From Nitrospirota bacterium (GTDB taxonomy: Bacteria; Nitrospirota; Nitrospiria; 2-01-FULL-66-17), in NCBI GenBank assembly GCA_049325335.1, contig JBMOMC010000007.1, positions 160,001 to 224,000 on the forward strand: a DNA stretch of 64,000 nucleotides, read 5' to 3'. The notes beneath the pieces are model-generated. The model did not search any database, had not been told where the DNA came from, and saw only the letters and a program-made list of their open reading frames with translations. Below are positions 18,839-27,878 of the stretch, piece after piece. Each line of letters begins with the position of its first letter. Position 1 is the first letter of the stretch. A program made the translations under genes and the position numbers.

Positions 18839-20238
18839 GCCGCCTCCCGGAACACCGTCAGCGACGTCTCCCCAATTTTGAGCACATCGCCGGGTTTCAG
18901 GAGCGCGTTGGTCACGGCGCGCCCGTTCAACAGACTGCCGTTGGTACTCCCGGTGTCCCGATACAACACGCCCTCGCCGCTCACCTCCAGTTCACCATGG
19001 CGCCGCGACACCTTGGTATCCACGAGCGTCAAGTCGGCCTTCACGCGCCCAATGGTGGTGACCGGAGCGTGCAATATAAGTCGGCTGCTGGACCCGTCGG
19101 GGCGAACCACGTCAAGGCCCCAGGTTTCTGCCGCGGGCGCCGGAGGGGGAGGAGGAAGCGACGGCGGAGAGAGGTCCGCCGCCGGACGACAAATCGTCTC
19201 CTCGCCACGCTCCTCCGGCTCAACGGACTCGGCGGACTGTGCCCCTCCCAGAAAACGGATCAGGCACTCGCCGATCTGCAGCTCCGCGCCGTGAGTCAGC
19301 GACGTCTTGGTCAGGGGCGCGCCGTTGAACATCGTGCCGTTCCGGCTTCCGCAATCTTCCACGGTCACGCCGGATGCCTCCAGCCGGAACAGCAGGTGGC
19401 GGCGGGAAATCGCCGGGTCATCCACCACGATATCGTTGTCCTCGCCTCGCCCCAGACTCACGGACTGCGCCGTTAATTCGAACCGACGCGAGGCCCCGTC
19501 CGCGCCGAGGATCAACAACGCGGGCACGGGACGCGTGAAGTGCTGGACCAGCTCGTCCGGCCACGCCCCGCGCTCGAACACGCCGTCTTCGGCCCAGTGC
19601 GCCGACATCGCCGCGAACACGTGCAGCGCCAGCGTCCCTTGCCCGGCGTATTGGTAGACATAGGCCAATAATCGCTCTTCAAGCGAGTCCTCACCCGTCT
19701 CAAACGCGGGGTCCGCAAAATAGCCGGCGATCAGTTGCCCGCCGCGAAAATAAAATAGGCTTAACTCACCGCCGCGTCCGACCACCAACAACTGGTCCTG
19801 CGACCCCTTCTTGATATGTCCGACGACGCTCCCGATTTCCAACAGTTCCGTGGTGCCCTCGGTAGTGGGCGAGCACTGCATGACCGTCAAGATCGACTTC
19901 AGAAACAGCGGGTCAGCGCCCACCAGCGACAGTTCGGTCCCGTCGGAGGGGAGCTTTCGCAGCCCGGTAAACAACCCCCGGAGCGTGAGGGGTACGAAGA
20001 CGCCCTGCTGCTCCCGCCCCGCCGCGTACGGCTCGTTGTCGATGATCACCAGATAGAACCGCGCGGACTCCGACTGGACCGCCAAGACCCCGTGAAATCC
20101 TGGCGTCCGGGCGCGCATCTTCTTAAACAGCAGATTCACGGAGGAATCCGCGTAGCGCTTCCCTGAAAAGACCACGCCGGTGCGGGGGAGCGTCAGCCGT
20201 CCGAGTGGTTGGGTGATTCGGCTTTTCGTTGCCGCCAT
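18835..20238 (-). CDS. Dual FHA-domain protein with uncharacterised (possibly DUF4388-like) N-terminal region
   Basis: Two FHA signatures: 'LGRGEDNDI...ISRRH...SRNGT' and 'IGRV...VSRRH...STNGS'. Start placed at ATG 20238 because a promoter overlaps the longer TTG start. Confidence 0.88.
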   Translation of the reverse strand: MAATKSRITQPLGRLTLPRTGVVFSGKRYADSSVNLLFKKMRARTPGFHGVLAVQSESARFYLVIIDNEPYAAGREQQGVFVPLTLRGLFTGLRKLPSDGTELSLVGADPLFLKSILTVMQCSPTTEGTTELLEIGSVVGHIKKGSQDQLLVVGRGGELSLFYFRGGQLIAGYFADPAFETGEDSLEERLLAYVYQYAGQGTLALHVFAAMSAHWAEDGVFERGAWPDELVQHFTRPVPALLILGADGASRRFELTAQSVSLGRGEDNDIVVDDPAISRRHLLFRLEASGVTVEDCGSRNGTMFNGAPLTKTSLTHGAELQIGECLIRFLGGAQSAESVEPEERGEETICRPAADLSPPSLPPPPPAPAAETWGLDVVRPDGSSSRLILHAPVTTIGRVKADLTLVDTKVSRRHGELEVSGEGVLYRDTGSTNGSLLNGRAVTNALLKPGDVLKIGETSLTVFREAA

Positions 20239-20293
20239 CGATTGGATCAGTGTGAGTAAAGAACCGTACGCCGACCGCCCAAATGACGGGAAA

Positions 20294-20322
20294 AGTGTAG
20301 AGGAGGCCCTCGGGGGTGTCAA
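20294..20322 (-). promoter_or_regulatory. sigma70-type promoter for the FHA-kinase operon
   Basis: Minus strand reads TTGACA-17 nt-TACACT. Confidence 0.75.
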
Positions 20323-20384
20323 ACGGATGCGGACCGGCTGCGAACGGGGCTGTCATCTTTCAGGGGACGGCCGCCCTCGGGGTG

Positions 20385-21173
20385 CTACAGGCGGGCCGCG
20401 CGACCGGCGGTTTGCAGGACCCGGTAACGGGCCAATACCCGATTGGAGTATTCCGTGGGCACCGGCTCCCCATGCCGAAGAAATTCATCGACCCGCGCGG
20501 GACCGTAGTTGTAGGCGGCGAGCGCGAGATCCAACGAACCGAACCGTTTCTGAAGCTGCGCCAAATACCGCACGCCCAAACTGATGTTGTAGGTGGGATC
20601 AAACAGACCGTGCTCTCCGGACCACGGACGATTGGTTTCCGCGGCGAGCTGTTCGGCCGTGTTCGGCAACAACTGCATGAGGCCCAACGCCCCTTTACGG
20701 GACCGAGAACTGGGGTCGAATGAACTCTCAGTCATGATCACGGCGACGATCAGGGCCGGGTCGTACCCATAGTGTTCGCTCAAATCCGCGAGCACTCCCC
20801 CAAGACGGCGACGTTCCGCCGGACCCAAATCGTCGGAACCCGCGGCCCGCAGGACGCGGTCCACCTGCACCATACGAGACTCTGTTCTGGTATAGATCAC
20901 GCGAAACCCTGACGAAGATCCCGTCGTGACCGACGGAGACGCGGGGACGACCGCGGACCCCCGAGCAACGCAACAGAACATCTCGTGCGGGATCACTTCC
21001 TGCGCGCCGGGCGCCTCGCTCTCGAGCACCGCGCCCAGTCCGGCGAACAAGAGCGCCAACGCCGCTGGCAACGCCATAACCGCCGCGCGTTGCGCGCGCC
21101 AGCCCTCAAGCCGCCGGACAAATACCCGGTGCGAATAGGGGGACGCCGCTGGAAACGTCGTTCGTTGGCTCAT
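20385..21173 (-). CDS. Lytic transglycosylase (SLT domain), membrane-anchored
   Basis: 'AVIMTESSF', 'GALGLMQL', 'ALAAYNYGP'. Confidence 0.92.
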   Translation of the reverse strand: MSQRTTFPAASPYSHRVFVRRLEGWRAQRAAVMALPAALALLFAGLGAVLESEAPGAQEVIPHEMFCCVARGSAVVPASPSVTTGSSSGFRVIYTRTESRMVQVDRVLRAAGSDDLGPAERRRLGGVLADLSEHYGYDPALIVAVIMTESSFDPSSRSRKGALGLMQLLPNTAEQLAAETNRPWSGEHGLFDPTYNISLGVRYLAQLQKRFGSLDLALAAYNYGPARVDEFLRHGEPVPTEYSNRVLARYRVLQTAGRAARL

Positions 21174-21353
21174 ATATCACTACTGATGCTGCAAGGCGGA
21201 GACCATCCCCGCGGCCTCCGCGCCTAAGCCGCCGGAACTTCACGACGAGTCCCGCCCCTGTTCAGGTTTGGACAGGCGCCGGGGCGGGCATTTCGCCAAT
21301 CCACGTCAACAAACAGGAAACAAACTACCACTTCCGCCCCATGAAAGTCTCGT

Positions 21354-22694
21354 TTACCCCGCCTCCGGCGCCTTCGGGATCAACGCGGATTTCGAAGGGA
21401 TGTGCTCCAGCACGGAGGAAGCAACCAGAAACACGGGACCGTCGGCGTCCGCGTATGCGTAACGCGCCTCTCCATTCGCCCCGCCGATTGTCACCACCGT
21501 CAACACGCGGGCGTTGTCGCCTCGGAGCGTGACGCGCGCCGCCGGAGACGACAGCGTGGCGGCTGCCGGCGCGGCCGCTACGGTTTCCGACACGACGGAT
21601 TCCCCACGGAGCGCGGTGAGGGCGCGAACCAATGCATCCATCGCGTCGGCCGCCGACGGCTCCAGTCGCCGCCCATCCATTTCCCACCCGCCCTCACGCC
21701 GGGCCGTACGGTATGCGGCGTCGCCCTGCACGACTTCAACATCGACCACCTCGTCGACCGAGACGCGGACCACCCGCATATCACGGAACGCCGCCGCGTC
21801 CAGCGGCATTTCGTCCACCACGCGTTCGTTCACGCGGTAGAGCGTCTCTCCGTCGGTCCGGACATACAACGCGCCGTCCGCCGCGCCGAAGAACTCGACG
21901 GCGATCTGGCGGGCGTTGCTGGTCACCGTCAGGGTAAGTCGGGGCTTGGCCTCCAGACCGAGCGCCTTGCGCTGCCCCGCATCGTCCACGAAGCCCGTGG
22001 CTCGCAACGCGCGCAGGCGACTCAGCAACGACGCCGTCCGCTCCGGATCAGCGGTTCGATCCGGCTCCACGGTCCGCCACTCCGCCCCGTCTCGTCGCAG
22101 CGTGACCACGCGTTTGGGTCGCGTGATCACCACCTCCGTAACCGTCTCCGGCTGGAACGCGATGAATTCTTTCCGCCTCACGTCGTCGCGGGAGACCTCG
22201 AACGTGGATTTGGTCGCGGCCGAAACCAGAAAGAGTTTCCCGTCGTCCCGTTTCACATACACGCCGCCCCCGGTCGGACTCGCCGCTCCGAACGCCACGA
22301 CGGCTTGCGGGCCGTTGCTCCGGCTCGCGGTCACGCGCACCGCGGGGTCGACCACGCCGAGGTCCGCCTCATCGCCGACCTCATCGATCGCGCGGACCAC
22401 CGACATCGCGGTCAGTTGCGTGAGCAGACGTCGCACCGTACCGTCGTCGGCATCGGCCAAAACCGGCGTGGTGACGCGCCAGAGGCCCCCGTCGGTCCGC
22501 TCCAACACGAGACGGTCGGACGGCGTGGTGATCTCCAGTCCCGTCACGTCGTCTTCCGTCAACGACAGGACTCGGCTCTCGCGCTCCTGCTGCTCGGAAC
22601 GGCTGCGTTCGCGCGGATTATCGACGACAATCAGATACAGGCCCAATAGCGCGGCGATGCTCACCAGGGCCAGCGTTCCCCAGTACCGCCTCAT
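21354..22694 (-). CDS. DUF4340-domain protein
   Basis: N-terminal TM; three repeats of 'W......AD...V..LL..L..L'; lies downstream of the GldG-like gene, the usual context. Confidence 0.8.
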   Translation of the reverse strand: MRRYWGTLALVSIAALLGLYLIVVDNPRERSRSEQQERESRVLSLTEDDVTGLEITTPSDRLVLERTDGGLWRVTTPVLADADDGTVRRLLTQLTAMSVVRAIDEVGDEADLGVVDPAVRVTASRSNGPQAVVAFGAASPTGGGVYVKRDDGKLFLVSAATKSTFEVSRDDVRRKEFIAFQPETVTEVVITRPKRVVTLRRDGAEWRTVEPDRTADPERTASLLSRLRALRATGFVDDAGQRKALGLEAKPRLTLTVTSNARQIAVEFFGAADGALYVRTDGETLYRVNERVVDEMPLDAAAFRDMRVVRVSVDEVVDVEVVQGDAAYRTARREGGWEMDGRRLEPSAADAMDALVRALTALRGESVVSETVAAAPAAATLSSPAARVTLRGDNARVLTVVTIGGANGEARYAYADADGPVFLVASSVLEHIPSKSALIPKAPEAG

Positions 22695-22697
22695 GGC

Positions 22698-24299
22698 CTA
22701 CAGTCGGCGACGCCGTCTCCAGACGGCAAACCCGTATCCCGCGACCGCGCCCGGGAGAATCAGCACCGGCACCCAAAACACGGTGCGTTGCTGCCCGGCG
22801 GTCAGGAGTAAGGGACTGGACGCGCCTTCCTTCGGCCGAATGGCGATCAGGTCCTGATCTTCGGCCAACCAATTGATCGACGCGACCAGCAAGTCCCCGT
22901 TGCCCGAAAGGTTGAAGAAGCCGTTGAGCGCGAACCGCGCGTTGCCGGATACCACGGCCCGCCACGTCGGCGCCTGCGGCGACGACTCCCCGTCGCCCGC
23001 GGGGGGCGGCGCGTTGGGAGCGACGGCCGCCATGAGATCCAACGGCCCCTGCGCGTCCTGACCCCGGTCATATCGGGCCTTGCCGCCCACAATTTGGGTC
23101 TCGCCCCAACTCTCCGGGCTGGACAATGCCACCGCGCGGTACTCGATCTCCGCCCCCGTCGGCGGTTGAAACGTCAGCGACTGCGCGAGCGGGAAAAACG
23201 TCGCGAGACGGAAATCCTTGACGATCTCGTGATCCCCGTAGGTACGAATTACCGGAGTGGTATAGTCCCCTCCGAACAGCCGCGACACGGGGTCAATCAC
23301 CGTATCCTCGCGAAACGTGATTCCCCATTGTGCCGCCAGGTCTTCCACCCCGGTCTTCTGCCCCGGTCCCCGCAGCAATAACACCCGTCCGCCGCCGGAC
23401 AAATACGCGGTGAGGGCGTCGAGTTCCTGGCGCAGCAACGGCTTTTGCGGGTCCGCGACCACGACCACGGTGATGGCGGGGTCTACAACGCCCGTTTGCG
23501 CCAAGAACAACGGCGAGACGTCGTAGCCTTGCCGTTCAAGCGCGTCCTTGGCCTGCGACAGACCGTTGACGTCGGGGTCGCTCACGCTGGGTTCGCCGTG
23601 GCCCTCCAGCACCGCGATCCGTTTCTTGGCCGTTTTCCCGAGCCGGATGAGCCCATTGGTCAGGTCCTGTTCGCTCACGGCGCGAAGCCGAGATTCACGT
23701 CCCGCGCTCTCCAGAACAATGGTGTCGTACTGCGTGATGCCGTACTGCTTGGCTGCGGCCGGGTGTGTGTCGGGGTCGACGGTTTCGCTGGAGATCTTCC
23801 GGCTGTAGTGCCGATAGGTATCGAGCAGGTCCTTGAACTTCGCCTCGGTTTCGCTGCCTTTTTGAACAAAGGCCGTGACCTTCACCTCGTCGGTCAGGCC
23901 CTCCACCACCTTGATACTTTGCGGCGCCAAGGTAAACGTCCCGCTCTGAGAGAGATCCACTCGGGCCGGATGCCGGACCGCGAGGACATTCACCATCACC
24001 ACCACCGCCCCGACCAACGCCACCACGATGACGCTGTGCGCGCCCATGCGCGTTGAACGACGACGACCCCACGCGCCCAGCTCGCGACGCGCCGCCACCG
24101 CCCAGACAACGGCCAGTACGGCGGCGGTCCCGTACCCGGCTAGGGCATACCAGCGCCCTGGAAAACGAAAGTCGAGGAAGAGGCCGGCCGCCGCGACCAA
24201 CACTGCGGCCATTCCGAGAATCCGTCGCATCATCCAGTGGGTTTCGTTGCCATCAGGCCGCTTGAGCGCGTCACCCGGTCTCTCGCCACCGGCCGGCAT
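22698..24299 (-). CDS. GldG-like ABC auxiliary component (GIFT/IFT52-like domain)
   Basis: 'RVDLSQSGTFTLAPQS', 'EQDLTNGL', 'GHGE', 'GNGDL...SINWL'; C-terminal TM plus WRRRR. Alternative start 24233. Confidence 0.85.
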   Translation of the reverse strand: MPAGGERPGDALKRPDGNETHWMMRRILGMAAVLVAAAGLFLDFRFPGRWYALAGYGTAAVLAVVWAVAARRELGAWGRRRSTRMGAHSVIVVALVGAVVVMVNVLAVRHPARVDLSQSGTFTLAPQSIKVVEGLTDEVKVTAFVQKGSETEAKFKDLLDTYRHYSRKISSETVDPDTHPAAAKQYGITQYDTIVLESAGRESRLRAVSEQDLTNGLIRLGKTAKKRIAVLEGHGEPSVSDPDVNGLSQAKDALERQGYDVSPLFLAQTGVVDPAITVVVVADPQKPLLRQELDALTAYLSGGGRVLLLRGPGQKTGVEDLAAQWGITFREDTVIDPVSRLFGGDYTTPVIRTYGDHEIVKDFRLATFFPLAQSLTFQPPTGAEIEYRAVALSSPESWGETQIVGGKARYDRGQDAQGPLDLMAAVAPNAPPPAGDGESSPQAPTWRAVVSGNARFALNGFFNLSGNGDLLVASINWLAEDQDLIAIRPKEGASSPLLLTAGQQRTVFWVPVLILPGAVAGYGFAVWRRRRRL

Positions 24300-25059
24300 C
24301 CAGCACCCGGTGGGTCAAAAACAAGCCGAATCCTGCCAAACTCACCACGTACAATGCGCTCGGCACACTCAACAGGCCTTTCATAAAGTGATCGAAGTGC
24401 GCGGTGATCGACAGGTGCTCCAACACGGGTTGGATAGCGCTCCCTTCCGCAGTCACCGAGGCCCATCCCAACACCCACATTCCCAGGATCATGCCGAGCG
24501 CCACCACGCCGGCGCTGATTTGATTTTCGGTGAAGGAGGACGCCAACAACCCCAACGCCAGGTACACGGCGCCCACCAACAATAACCCCAGATAACCCGA
24601 CAACACCGTGGGCCAGTCGATTGCGCCCCACCGGGCGAGCAGGAGCGGCATGTATAGGGTCAAGACCAACAATCCGAGATATAACGTGAACACGGCCAGA
24701 AATTTACCGACGACCAATTGCGCCAACGTGATCGGCGACGTCATCAACAGTTCGACCGTCTTATGCTTTCGTTCCTCGCTGAGCAAGCGCATCGTCAGCA
24801 ACGGCATCACGAGGAGCAGGATCACGTGAATATTGCGGAACATCGGCTGGAACACCAGCGTGGTCAGATTCAACTGCGGCAACGCGCCCTGAAATCGCAT
24901 CATTTGCAGGCTTTGCAGGCTCGCGATCGTGACGATCTGGGAGAAGAACAGCCCCACGATCGCCAGGAACACCCCGGCCACCACGTACAGAATCGGCGAT
25001 ACCGTGGCCACGCGAATCTCTTTGCCAGCGATCGCCAATACGGCCCGCAGCGCGTTCAT
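24271..25059 (-). CDS. ABC-2 permease, GldF-like
   Basis: 'IAGKEIR', 'PLLTMRLLSEERKHKTVELLMTSP', 'SSFTENQI'. Confidence 0.88.
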   Translation of the reverse strand: MNALRAVLAIAGKEIRVATVSPILYVVAGVFLAIVGLFFSQIVTIASLQSLQMMRFQGALPQLNLTTLVFQPMFRNIHVILLLVMPLLTMRLLSEERKHKTVELLMTSPITLAQLVVGKFLAVFTLYLGLLVLTLYMPLLLARWGAIDWPTVLSGYLGLLLVGAVYLALGLLASSFTENQISAGVVALGMILGMWVLGWASVTAEGSAIQPVLEHLSITAHFDHFMKGLLSVPSALYVVSLAGFGLFLTHRVLDAGRWRETG

Positions 25060-25997
25060 ACGGCCTCCTCCGCGGTCAGTTTCAGGAACACGTCCTCCAG
25101 CGTCATGGTCATGGGTCGCAACTCCACCAATCCCCAGTCGCGCGTGACCGCGCACCGGGCCACGGCTTCCCGCACATCGTGCCCCAACTCCGCCTCCACC
25201 AGCCACGCGCGATCACCCGCCCCATCCGAGCGCTCCGGGGAGACGCCGATGACGTGCGGCACCTGACGGATCACCTCTTCGACGTCGGCGCCGGAACGCG
25301 CCAAGGTCACCCGTATTTTTTCCGACTTGCGGAGCCGGGCCGCCAGCCCCTCGTGCGTATCCACGGCCACGATCCGGCCTTCGTGAATGATCACCACGCG
25401 TTGGCAGGTGGCCGTCACTTCCGGGAGGATGTGCGTGGAGAGCACGATGGTGTGCGCGCCGCCAAGACTTCGGATCAGTTCGCGGACCTCGATGATCTGC
25501 TTTGGATCGAGTCCCACGGTCGGTTCATCCAGGATCAGCACCGGCGGATCGTGAATCAGCGCCTGCGCGATCCCCACCCGCTGCCGGTACCCCTTCGAGA
25601 GATTGCCGATCAACCGGCCGCGCACGTCGCCAAGCCCACACTGGTTTAGGACCCGGTCCAACGCGGAGGAAATCGACCGACGGGCAACACCTTTGATCCG
25701 CGCGGTAAACCGCAGGTATTCCGTCACGGTCAGCTCGGGATAGACGGGCGGGGTCTCGGGCAGATAACCGATCCGTTGCTTCGCGTCCAACGGGTGATCG
25801 AACACGTCGTAGCCGGCCACCACCACCGACCCGCTGGTGGCCGGAACGAACCCAGTGATGATCCGCATCGTGGTGGTTTTGCCCGCGCCGTTGGGGCCGA
25901 GGAACCCCAGGATTTCACCGTCCCCCACCTCAAACCCCACCCGGTCGATCGCCGTCGTCGGGCCATAACGCTTGGTCAACTCACGGACTTGGATCAT
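25056..25997 (-). CDS. ABC ATPase, GldA-like
   Basis: 'GPNGAGKTT', 'LSKGYRQRVG', 'ILDEPTVGLDPKQI', 'STHILPEV'. Confidence 0.93.
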   Translation of the reverse strand: MIQVRELTKRYGPTTAIDRVGFEVGDGEILGFLGPNGAGKTTTMRIITGFVPATSGSVVVAGYDVFDHPLDAKQRIGYLPETPPVYPELTVTEYLRFTARIKGVARRSISSALDRVLNQCGLGDVRGRLIGNLSKGYRQRVGIAQALIHDPPVLILDEPTVGLDPKQIIEVRELIRSLGGAHTIVLSTHILPEVTATCQRVVIIHEGRIVAVDTHEGLAARLRKSEKIRVTLARSGADVEEVIRQVPHVIGVSPERSDGAGDRAWLVEAELGHDVREAVARCAVTRDWGLVELRPMTMTLEDVFLKLTAEEAV

Positions 25998-26010
25998 ACG
26001 ATCGGCGCTC

Positions 26011-26040
26011 GTTCTACAGAAAACCGCGCGAGGTTGTCAA
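26011..26040 (-). promoter_or_regulatory. Possible sigma70 promoter for the Gld-like ABC operon
   Basis: Minus strand reads TTGACA-18 nt-TAGAAC (imperfect -10). Confidence 0.45.
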
Positions 26041-26093
26041 GATAACCGGATCGACCGCGTTGAGCCGTGCTCAAGATCGCATCGCGACCCGCG

Positions 26094-26519
26094 CTACGCG
26101 GCGGAGTAATCTCGGTAGGTGGCCCGTATCCGGTCGAGCCACTGACGCTGGTCGGCTTCAAGGCGGATCAACACGGCGTGCGTGGACGGGTCCTCGGCAA
26201 GGCGGGCGCCTTCCCGGTACTGCAGTTCCAGACGCCGCTCCTGATCGTAGGCCCACGACAGGGCTTCCCGCGCCGGGGGGATCGGCGCCGGGGCGGCGTG
26301 CGCGGACTCGCTGACGCGATCGCCGGAGACCAACAACGGCGTCAACGCCGCGGCATGCGCCTGCTTAAGCGTGACCCCCTCCTCCCACGACCGTCGCACG
26401 CGGGGGCCCGTCGCCTCTAGCATGTGCAGTCGATAGACGCGACCCAGTTGACGCTCGCATTCCAGGCTGTCGGAAACCAGTTCACGCAACGCGGGACTGA
26501 GCGCGTCCGCCATGCTCAC
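26094..26519 (-). CDS. Ferritin/rubrerythrin-like four-helix protein with degenerate metal ligands
   Basis: Duplicated 'L..A...E......Y...A....D......L..L' pattern. The expected ExxH positions read KQAH and QRQW. Confidence 0.6.
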   Translation of the reverse strand: MSMADALSPALRELVSDSLECERQLGRVYRLHMLEATGPRVRRSWEEGVTLKQAHAAALTPLLVSGDRVSESAHAAPAPIPPAREALSWAYDQERRLELQYREGARLAEDPSTHAVLIRLEADQRQWLDRIRATYRDYSAA

Positions 26520-27820
26520 GCAACCCCTTCGGCGCGCCGGGGGGACGGCGGCGCCGCGGCGTCCGACCGCCGGGGCCGCGGCGGAGGATCTCCCGCGTGA
26601 TCCGGGACGTGCTCGATCTGCCGGATGGTCGTTTGCGCCCCGGCGATCGCGTCCACGATTTCATTGACCTGTTCGCGCGCGCCGGGAGGAAGGTCGGCTC
26701 GCCCCTGGAGTCGTTGTCCCGCGCTCCCCGCGCGCGCCAGGTGATCCTGCGCGTCGCGCTGAAGATCCAAAGTTTTTTCTCCGATCGCGGCCAACCGTTC
26801 GGCTTTCGTGAGCCGTTCCTGCGCGCGTTTGAGGTTGTAGGCCATTTGTTGGAACGAGCCAGCGACGCGCTCCAATTCATTGTTGGTCGCGGTGGAAATC
26901 TGAAAATCAAAGTCACCCTGGGCGATCCGACGCGCCCCGTCGTCGATCTCGCGGATGGGACGGACAATGCTCCGGCTGATCCCCCACGCAAAGAGCAGGG
27001 CCAGCAGCACCGCCGCCCCGACCAACGCGGCGTACCGCTGCAGACCCGCTTGCTCCGCGATGACGGAACCGGGAACCGCCACCGACAGCATCCACGGCGT
27101 CGCCACGCCGGGCAGGGTGATTTGACGAGACGCCGCGGCCGAGCCGGTCGCCGCCTCGACCCGTTCGCCGACGGAGACGACCGTCCGACCCACGTGGTCC
27201 AAGATCCGGAGCGACCCGCCGTCCGAGGAATCGAGCGTCAACGCCCGCACGAACCAGTGGACCGGAACGGCCCCGTACAATGCGCCCGCCACCGCGCCGT
27301 CGGCGCCGATCAGCGGCACGGCCACTCCCAGCGCCGACGGCGCGCTCTGGTCGGGAGCGCCCGCCCCGCCGAACACCACGCGGCCGCTCGACGCGGCCTG
27401 CGCCGCCATGACGCGTTCAACCTCCGGATCCACCGCGGCGTCCACCTCCAGCCGACGCTGATACCCGATCAGGAGGTCCCCCGACGTATTGTGCACCGCC
27501 AACGTGCCCACGGGAACTGGAGACCGATCGCCCCACGCGGAGAGAACCACGGCGGCCGCGTCCCAATCCAGCCATGACCTGGTCTCGCGCGCTCGTTGCG
27601 CCTGCTCGGCCACGAACACCAGTTCCCGGCGGGCCGAGTCAACGGCCAGACCGAATCGTTCGGCGGCGACGTCCGCGCGCGCCTGCACCGCGGCGTCCGT
27701 TTCCAAGGCGCGTTCCGACAAAGAATACCAGTAAAGAGACGCAATACCGAGGAGGGCCGGGGTCACGCCGGCCCATAAGAACCACGCGAGAAGTTGGTGT
27801 CGAAGACCGAGTCGCGGCAT
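26516..27820 (-). CDS. Membrane sensor (Cache-like + HAMP) with degenerate DHp and no kinase catalytic domain
   Basis: TM, periplasmic domain, TM, HAMP ('SIVRPIREI...NNELERVAGSFQQM'), then 'AERLAAIGE' but no H-box or HATPase boxes. Confidence 0.8.
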   Translation of the reverse strand: MPRLGLRHQLLAWFLWAGVTPALLGIASLYWYSLSERALETDAAVQARADVAAERFGLAVDSARRELVFVAEQAQRARETRSWLDWDAAAVVLSAWGDRSPVPVGTLAVHNTSGDLLIGYQRRLEVDAAVDPEVERVMAAQAASSGRVVFGGAGAPDQSAPSALGVAVPLIGADGAVAGALYGAVPVHWFVRALTLDSSDGGSLRILDHVGRTVVSVGERVEAATGSAAASRQITLPGVATPWMLSVAVPGSVIAEQAGLQRYAALVGAAVLLALLFAWGISRSIVRPIREIDDGARRIAQGDFDFQISTATNNELERVAGSFQQMAYNLKRAQERLTKAERLAAIGEKTLDLQRDAQDHLARAGSAGQRLQGRADLPPGAREQVNEIVDAIAGAQTTIRQIEHVPDHAGDPPPRPRRSDAAAPPSPRRAEGVA

Positions 27821-27848
27821 TGCGGGGTCGCCAGTTACACGGCGCCCC

Positions 27849-27878
27849 ACTATACGGGGGGACGGACTAGGGAATCAA
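27849..27878 (-). promoter_or_regulatory. sigma70-type promoter for the sensor/ferritin-like pair
   Basis: Minus strand reads TTGATT-18 nt-TATAGT. Confidence 0.5.
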
